A DNA stretch of 64,000 bases from Saccostrea cucullata (taxonomy: Eukaryota): contig NW_026932237.1 of NCBI RefSeq assembly GCF_032062105.1, positions 372,001 through 436,000 of the forward strand. The letters are read 5' to 3'. Both the position numbers and the translations under genes were made by a program. The notes under the pieces were generated by a model. It saw only the letters and a program-made list of their open reading frames with translations. It did not search any database and was not told the DNA's origin. Positions 36,219 through 49,396 of the stretch are shown here, one piece after another (the stretch's first letter is position 1; the number at the start of each line of letters is the position of its first letter).

Positions 36219-37623
36219 GATATCTAAAATACAAAAAGTATAATTTCTTCTTTCGTAATAAAAGGTTCTAGGATAAGAGCGTTTTGAAAATTAGACAAGT
36301 AAACAATATTTCAGTAAATTAGGTATAAATAAGGGTTTCCCCATGAAAAAGAAAACGTTAAGTATTTTTTTTATAATTGACAATAATCTTTCTTTTTTAC
36401 ATTTAAGGACAGTAAATAAAGTATTGTGCATTTAAAGAAAAAGCATAATTTTTTTTCACAAATATTTAGACATTCATACAATAAAGATAAATGGATATTG
36501 GACTGTTGAAGCATTGGCCCCTAACAGCCATTGCAAACAAATCACAAGTTTACCTCTAGAAGCTTCCACCCCGTTTGATATGTACCTAGATCTCTCAAGG
36601 TTTTTAATAAAAACATGTATAATTTAATCTAAAAACACAATTAAGTGTTCCAATAAAACACACTTAAATATAGCTGAAGTGATTTTATATAGAATTTTTA
36701 AATAACCTTAATAAAATTACCTCAAGAAAAAAAAATCACCAATCAACTAAAATCTTCATTCCTTACGAAAAGGTCTTGAAATCAGTTTATTGTTCCTTTT
36801 TCTTCGTTGGTTATACAAATCTGGACGATCTGTGTACAGTACTCTCACCAGTGAGCTCATATGAAAATGAAAAATACAGAGATTGGTTTACATTATACAA
36901 ATTAATTTAATAATTTATTCCGACTGGTCTGTAGTAGAGTTCAATTATCATATATATTTACATATACATATCTTACCACAGATATCGATTAATAACTGAA
37001 ATAAGAAAAAAAACATACTTATAAGGCTGTCCGGTCCTCAGCTCTTGAAAATCAGGGAAATACTTACAAAAATGTCTGAGTTCTTCAGATAATATGCATT
37101 TACCCACGGTATTTCTCCAAAGTTCATCATTATAATTAATCAGATTATAGAGGAAAAATTATTAAACCTCTAATATTTTTTTTTCATGGAGTGTGAATCA
37201 AAGTACTTTTCATACATTTCGGATTGGAAATTGATCAACAAATACAAAGTTCGATAAAAAATTAAGGCATTTAGAAAAAAATGCATGTTTCTTCATACAT
37301 GTACTTATTCGACACTTTAGTTTACTTCATGTACATGTATTTATTTCATTTGTTAAAAAAAAAAAAAAGAAAAGCATAGTGTAAAACATTTGAACTATCG
37401 TTGTAAGACACCACAGATCACCTCTTATCTCATTTCATGCTAATAAACACTGGTTTTAAAGGCTAGATTAAAGGAATTCAATTTCTATAAAAAGGATTTA
37501 TTTTTGTACTTTGTGGTGTAAAAATGTCAAATTTTTATAAAACCGTTACTAAGAAGTTAAAGAATCTTGAATCATATTGCGATGCAAAGAATGCAATTTT
37601 TTTTAAATAAAAAAAATTGTAGC

Positions 37624-37865
37624 AGCGGACATAGTGTGACCATTTTTCTGAAAAAGAGACGGACATTTCGTGACGGCGGACATAACGTGACGATTTATCC
37701 GAAAAGAGGCGGACATTTCGTGACTGCGGACATAACGTGACGATTTTTCCAAAAAGAGGCGGACATTTCGTGACGGCGGACATAACGTGACGATTTTTCC
37801 GAAAAAGAGGCGGACATTTCGTGACGGCTGACATAATGTGACGGCGGACAAAACGTGACTCAACA
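37624..37865. repeat. About 50-bp tandem repeat x4 built from GGCGGACAT..CGTGAC submotifs; probable DNA transposon end
   Basis: Unit GCGGACATAACGTGACGATTTTTCCGAAAAAGAGGCGGACATTTCGTGACG; the array ends in GACTCAACA. Confidence 0.8.
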
Positions 37866-38511
37866 TTAAATTTTTTTAACATTTTCGTATCAGCATTTTT
37901 AAATAAATAAACAATGTTGTCTCTAATATCTATTTTTCTTTTATTCATCTTAAAAACAAAATATACGCCAGATAAACTCGTTACTGTGAAAGCATCAACA
38001 TCGAGATCTGGTATATGCCTTTTTGATTGTTCTGCTTTCCTTAAAGATATATATTTTATCCCCCAAAAATACAAACCACAAAATTTTTTTTTTTAAATTT
38101 ATATCCGATCTTGCTGAATCGTCACATTTAAATAGACGTTTTCACTTTCATCTTTGTTTTGATCAACATTTTCCTTGATATGTCATCCAACTTGGTAGTA
38201 GTATTTGATAATGGCCATTTTCATGATGCCTTTGATACTTAAAGAAATCGTTTAAAGCCGGTGTCACTTCTTCGTGACATCCCGAAACTTTTGTAGGAAA
38301 GGAGTCTTAATTTTTATGTCCATTGTTGGTGAAACTCAAATTCTGTCCTGTTCATTTGCCATTGTCTCTACGATAGATTACAAGCTAATTCAATCTATCA
38401 TTAGGTCGAATGCATGCGTGCTTATGTTTTTTTCCGACAAATTATTAGTTTATTTTTCACAATGAGTTGTCTTTTTTCCGTTTGCACAATTACAACAAAG
38501 AATCCACAATG

Positions 38512-38655
38512 ATGTGACTAATCGAGAGGGAATGCTTACTCCTCCATGGTATCTGATTCTCATTTTTTTTAATTGTATAATTATGTCTAAGTTTGCTCAG
38601 CTCCAAATTTGTATATCATTTCAATCGATTTTGAACTTGTTTACTGTTCGTTAAC
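38512..38655 (+). mobile_element. Penelope-like 3'-end remnant
   Basis: TGTGACTAATCGAGAGGGAATGCTTACTCCTCCATGGTATCTGAT...ACTGTTCGTTA. Confidence 0.6.
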
Positions 38656-40424
38656 CCAATATTGTATACGTCTATTCAGAGGAGACAGGAAGAGTTAATC
38701 TTTTTTTACTGAGCCATGGTTTGCACGACGGGCAAGGCTTTTTGCATGCTTATTACACATGTTACAGTGTGAGATTCAGAGAGTAGTATTTTTCATTGTT
38801 AGATTAGTTTTTTTTTCGATAGTCTTGCAAATCCAAAGAATTTTAAATAAAAGATTAACAAATGCTATGTGAAACTAACTTTAACGAGTCTTTAACGAGT
38901 GTACATTATTTTTTTTTTCGAGGGGAGTTCAATAAATAATGTTATTGCTGTTGAAAAAAAAATGCAAGAAAATACAGCCCAAAAGACGGATTTCGAGACT
39001 GGAGATTCAAGTTTCAAGATTTAAAATAACGAATGCTAAATGAAACTAATTGATATGTTCAGAAATGTATGAGGACCATTTGTCAAAACGACGAAGCATT
39101 TTCCTCAGTTAAGATTGACATTAGAACAGAAAATGAATAGCAGGACATTATAATGTAGATAAAAGTAAGGCAAGGTTTTTATAGCTTATGAGCTGCATTT
39201 TTAAAATTTTCATTTTGCTCTGAAAATGTGTATAATTATGATAAATGTGTATGTTATTTAAACTTTTATGACAATCTTGGACTAAAATAAAGCAGAAGAA
39301 AGATTTCTATATACAATCCAATATACAGTTTTATATAAGAAATCATAACTGTACAGGACGTCAATAATGTAATTTTGATTCAATTGAAGCTTAGAAATTT
39401 TTAAGTTATGAACAACAGAAGTTATTATCGTTATTTTTTTTCTGTCATTGAAATAGTTATTTACAATTTTGCAACAAAAAATTTTGAGATCGAAGTTGCA
39501 GGCTATTTTGCTTTAATATTTAAAAGCAATTCATCTAACTACTAAATTCAGTGTGCGAAATTATTCGTTGGAGAAAATGCTGGCTCTCAATGATTTTTCA
39601 ATAATTTTTCTTAATTTGAAGCTTTCATGAAGGAAAAAAAAATCATGGTCCTTTAATTTCCAAATCAAAGTGAAAGGACAAAGGAGCAAATAATTCTGAA
39701 GATAAGAATACCGGTATACATTTTTAATGTTAGTAATAATACATGTACCATACTGTGGTATGAAATACATTAGGCATTCTATATAATAAATGACCAAACA
39801 TTCACAAGTTAATTGTCATCTTATTCTCACACAGAGAACTCAGATTTCGTATTCATGTGTCATTTTTAATTCTTTTGTCGAGAATTAAATGATTTGGAAT
39901 TGGACAAATTTGTTCATCACGACCCTTTCCCTCTACGAAATGAATGTAGGTCAATATCCGTTCAAGGTTAAATTTAATAAGACTTTCACGACATTTCATC
40001 TTTTCTTCAGGCGAAGATCTCTAACTTTAGATTCTAATGAAAGAAAGGAAAACTACAATAGCAGATTTTTATTTTTCATTTAATATTAAAGAAATATTCA
40101 ATCAGTGGTGTTTGCATGGAGATTGGATTCCAATAGTTAACATCGGGTATTTTTGTGTATCATATTTTTTCAATTTCTAAATAAACATCGTTTTTAGCTT
40201 CCCTTGTGCAATTTTTTTGTAAGTCTCTGGAGGTTAAAATCAAATATTTAAAAAAAGTATTCTGTACATGTATTTTAATAATAGGGGTTTTTTGGAGGGA
40301 AGGGGGCAATTTTTGCTCTTATTTGTTGCTTTATTTTAAGTGACATATGGATCTTAAATAATTATGTGTATTTGATTCAGAAAATGCAAAACACAAGCTA
40401 CACTTTCCAAATAGTTATCTAAGC

Positions 40425-40779
40425 CACAGGTGCTTGAGGACAGCCCCCCCCCCCCCCATATAGACCCCCTGGCATGTTCGACTTTTTTCACATAAATTAT
40501 ATATGGATAAAACATTTGTGATATAATCTATCCTATCAATTCAGAAAATTTGCTTAAACTAACATTTTATAAAATTTCTACCCCACTCTATATTATATAA
40601 GTTGATTTTTATATATAGAATGTTGGGTAGATTTTAAACAACGTTTGTTTTAATAGGTAGTTTGTTGGTATATATCTTATCAGAAATATCTCAATGAAAC
40701 ATTATTTATAAGAAAAAAGTCTTTAAAGCCCAGGGGTCTATATCGAAGTGGGGTCCTGTCCTCAGATCAAGCACCTGTG
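40425..40779. mobile_element. MITE with 8-bp TSD (hAT- or P-like), about 0.5 kb upstream of the ACMSD ATG
   Basis: TIRs CACAGGTGCTTGAGGACAG...ATATAGACCCCCTGG / CCAGGGGTCTATAT...CTGTCCTC..AAGCACCTGTG; exact TSD ATCTAAGC at 40417-24 and 40780-87. Confidence 0.88.
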
Positions 40780-41297
40780 ATCTAAGCTTACTATATGCAA
40801 TACAGCTCAACGCACTTTTTAAGATGTTTCATGTAGATGTACATTATGAGTCCAAGTTACTGCGGGAAAAAAATTCCATAGAATGAATGTGATCTTTAAA
40901 ATTTAAATCCCCCCTCTCACAAATTGGAATTTGGATTTTCGAGTGTGCTTTTTGCCAATTTCTCTTTCATTCTTTTTTTCTAGATCGATATATCAAATAC
41001 ATGTCGACCCCCCCCCCCCAAAAAAAAAAATGAATAAAATAAATAAATAAAATAAAATAAAAAAAGATGCTTATTCCGTGTGAGTTAAGTATCACACATA
41101 TGCATGAACTTTTATTAATTAATTCCTGGCGAAACCCGCAAAGACTAAAATATTTTAACATTGTAGACTACCTGTGATCCTGCAGTACTTTCAGTTCTGT
41201 GATTTAATGCCTCGCCTACGAAATATCGTAATATGATTGGTCAATAGAAACTGACGACCTTCACCTAAATATAAGCAAACTAGTCTGCGCTGCCAGA

Positions 41298-44200
41298 ATG
41301 AAGATCGACATACACAGTCACATTTTACCCGAGAACTGGCCAGACCTAAAAGAGGTAAGATCAGGAGAATGACAACATGGGACATTTGGGAATGTTATTT
41401 ATTTTAGCTTGACAATATGATCAGCATTGCAAACAATGTGTGTTTGTACTCGTACATACATGTACAGTACAGCAGTATAAACTTATACTGCCACACTGCA
41501 TGTAGTACAAATCTGCATATTATTATGATTGAACATCAGACACAACGTTTTAAAATTTTCATACACATGGATTTACTAGTTTATAACAAAAGAGGAAACT
41601 TCCATGGTTGATTTGAAATGGAAATTTGTATGCAGATGAATTTTGGTTATACTTCTCATATATTAGTCATGCTAGTTAAGACAGGTAAGGATACACTTGT
41701 CAACCGGTCAACCTCATTTCAATTTTAAATTCATTGTGTTATTTGTGACACACTTGCATAGAATCACAGGATCTTATTCACATGCAAAAATAAAGTAAAA
41801 TTTTACTGACTTGTTTTTGTCAGAAAAAAATCTTGTAAAATTTCAGATAACAGGATAAATAGCTTTATAAATCTATATTATGATACTAGTAACTACCTGC
41901 GTCGTTGATTTTTTCCCAGTAGAGTTTTGTTTTAAATGGAAATTGGAGCTTTTTTTCTTTAATTAGCCCCTTCACGATAACTGCGGTACTAGGCCTACTC
42001 TTTTGCAGGGCAAATTAATAACAGTTGGCAAAGTTTTTGTATATAGATAATTAAGTGACGTATATATTAAGACAATTACTTTTACGCCATATTTCACCAA
42101 AATATGCAATTTTGCCTTTCAAAAGAGTAGTACCACAATTATCATGAAAGGGTCTATAATATATGTTCGCATAACCATGATAATGAGATTTTAAGTTGAT
42201 TTTATCTTGAAACATTTTTGATTTACAGCGCTATGGATATGGAGGATGGATTCAGCTACATCATAAGTGTGCAGGTAAAGCAGACATGATGAAAGACGGA
42301 AACTTTTTCCGGACCGTGGAGGAGAACTGCTGGTCACCAGAGGCGAGAATCAGGGATATGGATAACACAGGTCAAATGAATATAATTTTTAAAAATATGT
42401 TTGGTCCCTCACGTGGTACTGTGGTAAGAGCCTCTGCTCTAGAGTTGCAGAGTAAGGAGTTTATCCTTATGTCGCGGGTTCAAATCCCTCTGCGGGACGT
42501 GGAGACAGGTCTTTCGGTAGCTGCAGAACTGTAGCTCTCGGAAAAAATATATTGACAGACCAGATAGCTACAGTGCCACCCATTGAAAAAATTGTGTATT
42601 TATTGCGCACAAAAAAGGGCGCTGATTCTTGATTTATTCCACCATGTTTTTAAAACTGTCATATCAAAATATAACTAAACGTTAGGGGTGGGACGATACA
42701 CACATCTTGCAATACGATACGTATCTCGATATATTGGCACGATACGATACGTATCTCGATATTATAAGAAATTATAAAACTATTCAAAAGAATTACCGGT
42801 AGAATTTTATTTCTTTTTTTTGTCTTGACATTAAATCAACAAATTACTTTCTATCAAATCATGTTTGCTTTGAAATTTATACTTGAAGCTCATCAATTTC
42901 ATTGACTAAAACTTTACAAAAACAATAATACATGCACATACTATTATTACCAAATTATATTCAGAAGTTCTTTACAAATAGTTGGGTAGTTTTATATCAG
43001 AGAACACTGACTAAAAATTCATTTAAAAAACATCGATCACATTTAATTTTACATTTTTATTAATTCATTGCTGAAAGTCTGTAGCCAAGTTGAGATTACA
43101 AAAAAAGTACAAGATGGACTAACAATTAATTTCTGTGTAAAGCACGCATTACATACTGAACTTTTCTTGTCCAATCTTCCGACCAATCTTCCGAGGCTGC
43201 TTAAAAGTGAAAACGTTTTACCTCTAACCAACGACTTATTAGTTCTAAAGTGTGTTTTCAATATCAACATCATCTCTTCGCTCGTATAAGCCGCCATTTT
43301 CCAAGGACAGGTACTTTCATTTTCAATTTTTGGATAGGTTGTACGTGTATCGTTTCGTACCGATATTTGAATGCTTGTATCGTAAACCGTATCTTCAAGG
43401 AAAATATCGATATGTATCGGTGTATCGGTATATCGTCCCACCCCTACTAAACGTGTGTTCTAACATAAGTCTTTCAATGTTTCCACAACAAAACATTCCT
43501 TATAATTGCTGTTTATTTCCCTCCTCACAGTCCCTGAAATTGAAATCATCGAAAATTTTGTCTATTCATTCTGCCATTTTGGATTGAAAGATAACTCAGT
43601 CTAATGCACTTCGTGCAGATGTCAACTACGTGAGAACTTGGTAGAGGAGTGAGGAATTTTAAGAAATCTGTCTTTTTAGCGATTGAGCTAAGGATTTGGA
43701 AGAATTAATTCAGAACTGAGCGCAACTTTTTAGGCGCAATAAATATACAGTTTAAACAATGCCAGTGAATGGGTGGCACTGTAGCTCTCAAGTCTGTCAA
43801 AAAAATAAAAAATCTGAGAGCTACAGTTCTGCAGCTAGTCTTTCAGATGAGGCTGTATAAACCGAGGTTCAATGTGGCAATAGGTGCCAGCAAGAAAAAG
43901 ATCCGTCACTTATTAACGTTTGTAAGTGCCATCAGGTGTAGGATAAAATTTGCAGATCTCCACCTGCAAGTGGTGCCGTCTCCATTTGATTAATAATATT
44001 TTCTCAAGAGGGACGTTAAATTGCATAGAAACATACAAACCAAAACATTTGGTTTCCAACAGTGGAACTCTTGAAACTAGAGCTACATTTGGTCTTCTGT
44101 TTTGTACAGGATGACATTGCGGAAAGGACAAGACATGACAATGTCTATCCAGTAGAACTAAGAGACATAATATGTAAGAGAGCAAGAACCCTAAATTTAT

Positions 44201-47200
44201 CATCCATTAATAAAATAAAAAGACATTTCTGAGGCATGTGCATGGTATATGAACCATACAATAAAATGATACATACATTGTATGTGTTATGTTCATCCCA
44301 GAGATTCTGCAAAGATATGTACATTTCAGACATATTCACTTAGATCTATAACTCTTCCATAATGGAAAAAGAAAGTATTATAACCAACATATATTTTTTT
44401 TCTTTTAAATGAACACGATAAATATTAAATGAGTATGTAATATATGTCCTATATTTTTTCTCTTTATTAGGTGTGACTGTACAGGCCCTATCTACAGTTC
44501 CTGTTATGTTTAGTTATTGGGTAAGTACTAATATACATGTATAATAAAGTCTTGGTATATTCCTCTTGTTTTTCTATATTTTAGCTCACTTGTGTTACAG
44601 GCTGATGTGAGCTTTTCTTTAATATTAAATAGTGTCTCTTGTCTTGCATTGTTTTATTTCAAAACTTTTTACATATTTGACTTATTCCTGAAGAATTCTT
44701 TGACTAATTTGAATCAAAGTTGTTATAAAGTGTCCTCGTGTTTTCTGAAATGAAAAGCCAAACCATTTGTTCTTTAATTACATAATCATAATATCTGAAT
44801 TTGTAGGCAAAGCCACAGGACACTTTAGATCTTTGTCAGATTTTAAACAACGACATTGCAGAATCTGTGAAGAAGTACCCAAAGAGATTTGTAGGACTGG
44901 GGACACTTCCAATGCAAGCCCCTGATCTGGCTGTCCAAGAACTGATCAGATGTAAACAGGAACTAGGTCAGTGTAAATAGGAACTAGGTCAGAGAAACAA
45001 GAAGTAGGTCAAGGGACAGGAAACAGGTTAGTGGAAGCTAGAAATAGATCAATGGAAACAGAAACTACATGCAAGACACTGTGGACTGCAGGAATTAGGT
45101 CAATGGAAACAAAAAATAGGTCATTACAAAAAAAAAACTAGGTCAGTATGAACAGGAAATAATTTTTTTAAGATGAATGAGATTTAGTGTCAATCCAACA
45201 AGACATCCAGTACTTTGTAACATACTGTATGTTTGTGAGTTTTATAAATCAGATTTTGTATGATTGTGTAAAAAGAAAAACAGCTTATTTACAAAATTAC
45301 TTTTTGCAAATGATAAGATAAATTGTGATTTTAAAATAATGCTTTGAATATTGTTTTATAAAGCTGTTATGATAATAAAAAGAACATGACATTTCCCTAT
45401 AGGTTTTAATGGTGTCCAAATTGGATCTCACGTTAATGACTGGAATTTGGATGCAGCAGAATTAAGGCCAATATTTGCAGTAAGTGAAGTTCACTGATAG
45501 TGTTTTCCCTCTATACATGTTCTGACTAAAAAAGAAAGTTTATTAGGACATGGCAAAGGTTTGGGTCACATTGATTAGAAGTACGGTATTTTTCTTGTGC
45601 ATATTTTTTTATGTAGAAATATTTTTTTGAAAATTGTTAGTTATTAGGATGAATTTTGGTCATGAAAGAAGATTTAAAAAATTCCAAGGTCATAATTTTT
45701 TGAAGCTCAAGTTCTTAGCTTTGTATATGTACATACATATATGTATATACTGAAAAAGTGGCCAAAGTTCCTACATAATCTTGGCATAGGCTTATACATA
45801 CTGTATACAGGGTTATTTTCGCCCCGTGTTATTTTTGACTTTCATACTTGCAAACAATTTAGCCGTGTTTTAAATTCACGCAATAATAGTTTTTTTTCAA
45901 AGAAATTATACTGTATTATTTGAATTCGCCCCGTTTTGAATTCACCCAAATGAGGATAGGGCTAAAGAGGCAAAAATAAAACGGGGGCGAAAATTTCCCT
46001 GTATACAGAGTATAATCTAGGAATCTGTCGGTTTCACATAATCATGAGACATCAAGGAGATTTTTTAAATTATTCACCATGTTGTGTTAGAACTGCTGAA
46101 TTGCAAGTAGCTTTTAAAGCCCTCCCTGGAACAAATTTGCTTGGATAATCAGACATTGTCATTCATGCTCTAAATACTTAGACTCCGACCTTTATTTTTT
46201 GGAGTGAATGATTTCTTTGCACATGTTGGACAGCATAGATTTACCTCAAGTATTACCTGGGTGTTCTAATCTTGCCATGGCCAGATGATGCAGGATGTGG
46301 AATCCATGTACTAGAGTCTTGGGTGCTATACACTGCATATATTTTAAACCAAATCACTGCATTGCTGGCATCAGCTTGAATGTTCTTCTGATATTGAATT
46401 GCTTCCCCTAAATCTGATTTTCTCAGTCTATGATGATATTCCTTGTAAATTAATTTTTCTGTCAGGCTGCTGAGAAGCATAATGTGTCCATCTTTGTACA
46501 CCCCTGGGATATGGACTTGAGTGGACGAATGAAGAAATATTGGCTGCCTTGGTTGGTAGGTCAGTAATTTAAAATTAAAATTTAGGAATAAACTTGATAT
46601 TTCTCTTACTGTGACATAGCATAATTATTATAAAATATTCTCTTCCATTATTCAGCAAATATTTACAAATGTTGAGAGTAAGTCCCAATGTCATATGATA
46701 AATACAGAATAGCACAGGTTGCTTTGGAAGGAAAAAATCCATACAGGAATATATTGTACATATTCTTTCTAAAATTTCTGTTGTCATGAAAGGAATGCCC
46801 TCAGAGACTGCCACAACTATCTGTTGTATGCTGATGGGAGGAGTCTTGGAGGAGTTTCCTAAACTCAAAGTTTGTTTTGCACACGGAGGTAATTATTTTT
46901 GAAAATAATACCATGGATTGCACTAATTGCAAAATTTATGTTTATTGACACACCCTAGATTTATGAAGATGATGAAATTCTTAAAGAGGCTTCATACTTG
47001 AAGATCTTACATATTTTATTTTAAATACATCGTTGTATTTACAGTACTGTACATGTAGATAGAGGGTGAAAGAGAAGAAGAGATTTCTCTGATCTTGAAA
47101 GATGCTTTCATTCCACAAAGATATCGTAGATTAAAGCTATTAAATATTTATGATATTCATTTGTATTTACATTATTATATTTATATATAAATAAAAATGA

Positions 47201-49396
47201 CATCAATTCACATGCCTACCCTTTCATTCATTGTAAAACAATTTAATTTATTTACAGGAGGGGCCTTTCCCTTCACTGTGGGTCGTATAGAACACGGTTA
47301 TAATGTCCGTCCAGATCTCTGTGCCACAGACTGCAAAACAAACCCTCGGAAATTCCTTGGTCAGTTCTACACAGATGCCCTTGTCCATGATGCCAAAGCT
47401 CTGGAACTACTAATTGATGTTATAGGCAAGGTATCAACTTTTTATGCCCCCCCCCCCCCCTCCTTAGAAGAAAGGAGGGCATTTGCTTTGCTGCTGTCTG
47501 TCGGTCGGACTGTCATTTCACTTAGTTTCAGTTCATTTTCACCACAACTGTTGCACATACTTGAATGAAATTTGATGTACAGATTTATCAAACACCTAGG
47601 TCAAGTTCTGTTTTGGGTACAATTTTTGACAGATTTATGCCACTTGGACTTGGAAAAATTCCTATTTGGGGGAGGGGGACATAATTGTTTTACAAACACC
47701 TCTTGTTTAGTGTTGAGTTTGATTTTGTTTTCTTTATTTAACCATACATGTATTTACTTCTTAATTGTGAAACCTAGAAGAATGAAGTCTTGCCATTCAG
47801 TCTAAGGTTAAGACCTCTGGTTTTTTTTTAAGGATCGAGTTATAATGGGATCAGACTACCCTTTTCCACTTGGTGAGCACCACCCAGGAAAATTAATTGA
47901 ATCTATGGAGTTTGACCACAGTCTTAAGGTAATTATACTTTATGGCTTTGTATGCCACACAGAGGTGTCAAAGAGAAGCACACCTGGATGGCAAACACGT
48001 TTGGAGTTGAAGCATTTTCTTAATTTTTAAGGGAACCAAACCAACTTGTAGTTTGATGACCATTATTGCTTATGCTGTATTCTCAAAAAATAATGCATAA
48101 CAGAGTTTCCCATCATTTGAATCTTTTCTGTGTTGCAGAATTTTGGTGAAGCACTAATATTCGTGATATTATTGGGATCAAAAGTGCAACTTGCAATAAT
48201 GTAAACCAACTTTTATTCCCTTGCGAGAAATTTTCCTGAGGTTTGAGAGAGCTCGTCATCTTGAATATTTCTCGTCACGAACCGGTCCTTAAAGTCTCTG
48301 TGTCTATTAAAACATTTCCAAAAATCTTGATCATGAAAATTAATCGTTACAAACTAAGGGGTGTTAAAAAAGTTCGTTCCATGATGAAATATTTTCAAAA
48401 ATTTCAAAGTAGTGCTCAACTAAAGCGATGAATTTTCAAGTCTGACAATATCACAAGAGCGTTCTTTAGATTTATAGAAATTAATTTCTAGCAGGAAACT
48501 ATAGGACTTTTCTTTCATATGAAATTATATATAACATCTTTGAAGCACCCGAATGATAAAAATGCTGGTCATTTTGAGTGAAAATAAAGGATAATTTACT
48601 TTTGTTTCTTCATAGCTTATCTTGCATCAGACAAGCTTATGAGTGTAGGTATTAGAACGATAGATCACTTTTTAAAAGAATTGGTTTGTCATTTTGAAAT
48701 TTTTCACAGATCTGATAATTTTTGCATAGTATTTGAAAGGACGGTTTGACCTGTGTGCTTAATATATGTCACAATTATGCATCATCCCTAATTTTTCTGA
48801 AAAGACATTATCTGTTTTAATACCTGCCCTCCCCTTATTGATTCAACAATAGACCGCTAAAACCTTATCAGTAACAAGAATGGACTCTGTAAACATGAAG
48901 TCTCACAAACTGTAAATATCTTCTCATCGTATTTCTTTTCTAAAATAAAAGAAAAATGTGGAACGAACTTTCTTAACACCCTTTAGTTTACTGTTAGTAA
49001 ATCGTGAAATAAAGTCTTCACGGATATAAGTTGGTTTACAGTATACAGTATCATGGAAGTGTGAAAGAGATTTGTCTTTGTTCCTTCAGGCGTGCAATCA
49101 AGCGAGGGAAATAATAATCGATTACATAATATAAGGTGAAGCAAGACTAATTGCCCTAATTAAAAGATTATTAAGTGCACTTTCTTAAAAATTAAAAGAA
49201 GGTAGATTTGTTTGATTAAAGATTCAGAGAGAATTTAATTTCTGTGTTGAAGCCGACACAGTAAAATTGCTCATGGAGAACCTTGCAAATTAATGCAGAG
49301 TTTAAACAGAAAAGACATACTTTGTTTCTTCAGGAAAATTTATTGGTAAACAACGCCTGTGAGTTCTTGGGACTAGATAAAGCAGTATTTGGATAA
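41298..49396 (+). CDS. ACMSD: 2-amino-3-carboxymuconate-6-semialdehyde decarboxylase, 10 exons, 335 aa
   Basis: Exons 41298-41354, 42229-42370, 44471-44520, 44807-44966, 45403-45479, 46466-46559, 46793-46888, 47258-47430, 47833-47928, 49334-49396; all GT-AG, total 1008 nt. Motifs [97 protein letters not shown]. Confidence 0.97.
42518..43837. mobile_element. Non-autonomous DNA transposon with TAG...CTA termini and 9-bp TSD (AcademH-like)
   Basis: About 67-bp imperfect TIRs TAGCTGCAGAACTGTAGCTCTC...AGCTACAGTGCCACCCATT; TSD GTCTTTCGG / GTCTTTCAG. Confidence 0.85.
42683..43446. mobile_element. hAT-type MITE
   Basis: TIRs TAGGGGTGGGACGATA / TATCGTCCCACCCCTA, subterminal CGATA/TATCG repeats, exact 8-bp TSD CTAAACGT. 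Confidence 0.92.
44951..45160 (+). repeat. Degenerate 21-22-bp minisatellite starting across the ACMSD exon 4 donor
   Basis: TGTAAACAGGAACTAG|GTCAG, TGTAAATAGGAACTAGGTCAG, AGAAACAAGAAGTAGGTCAAG and progressively more decayed copies. Confidence 0.8.
45801..46008. mobile_element. MITE with CTGTA...TACAG termini in ACMSD intron 5
   Basis: CTGTATACAGGGTTATTTTCGCCCC ... GGGGCGAAAATTTCCCTGTATACAG. Confidence 0.85.
47438..47708 (+). mobile_element. Short Helentron-like remnant in ACMSD intron 8
   Basis: TTTTTATGCCCCC...GAGGGCAT, a GTCG microsatellite remnant, and 3' GGGGGACAT...TGTTTTACAAACACCTCTTGTTT. Confidence 0.6.
48200..49041. mobile_element. MITE hosting a nested mariner-type MITE
   Basis: Outer TIRs TGTAAACCAACTT / AAGTTGGTTTACAG. 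Confidence 0.7.
48357..48983. mobile_element. Tc1/mariner-type MITE, nested
   Basis: TA|AGGGGTGTTAAAAAAGTTCGTTCCA ... TGGAACGAACTTTCTTAACACCCTT|TA. Confidence 0.8.

Larger units (their letters stand above)
42403..44040 (+). mobile_element. tRNA-headed SINE split by nested DNA transposons (pieces 42403-42517 and 43838-44040)
   Basis: A box TGGTACTGTGGTAAG and B box GGTTCAAATCCC; the core resumes after the insertion as GTCTTTCAGATGAGGCTGTATAAACCGAGG...GAGGGACGTTAAA. Confidence 0.85.

Noticed and set aside
37535-38074. 179-aa repetitive ORF
   Set aside because: It is a translation of the 50-bp tandem repeat, whose period is not a consistent multiple of 3; no gene structure.
42403-42495. tRNA gene, also at 6827-6910
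   Set aside because: A and B boxes run directly into SINE core sequence and no clean cloverleaf forms.
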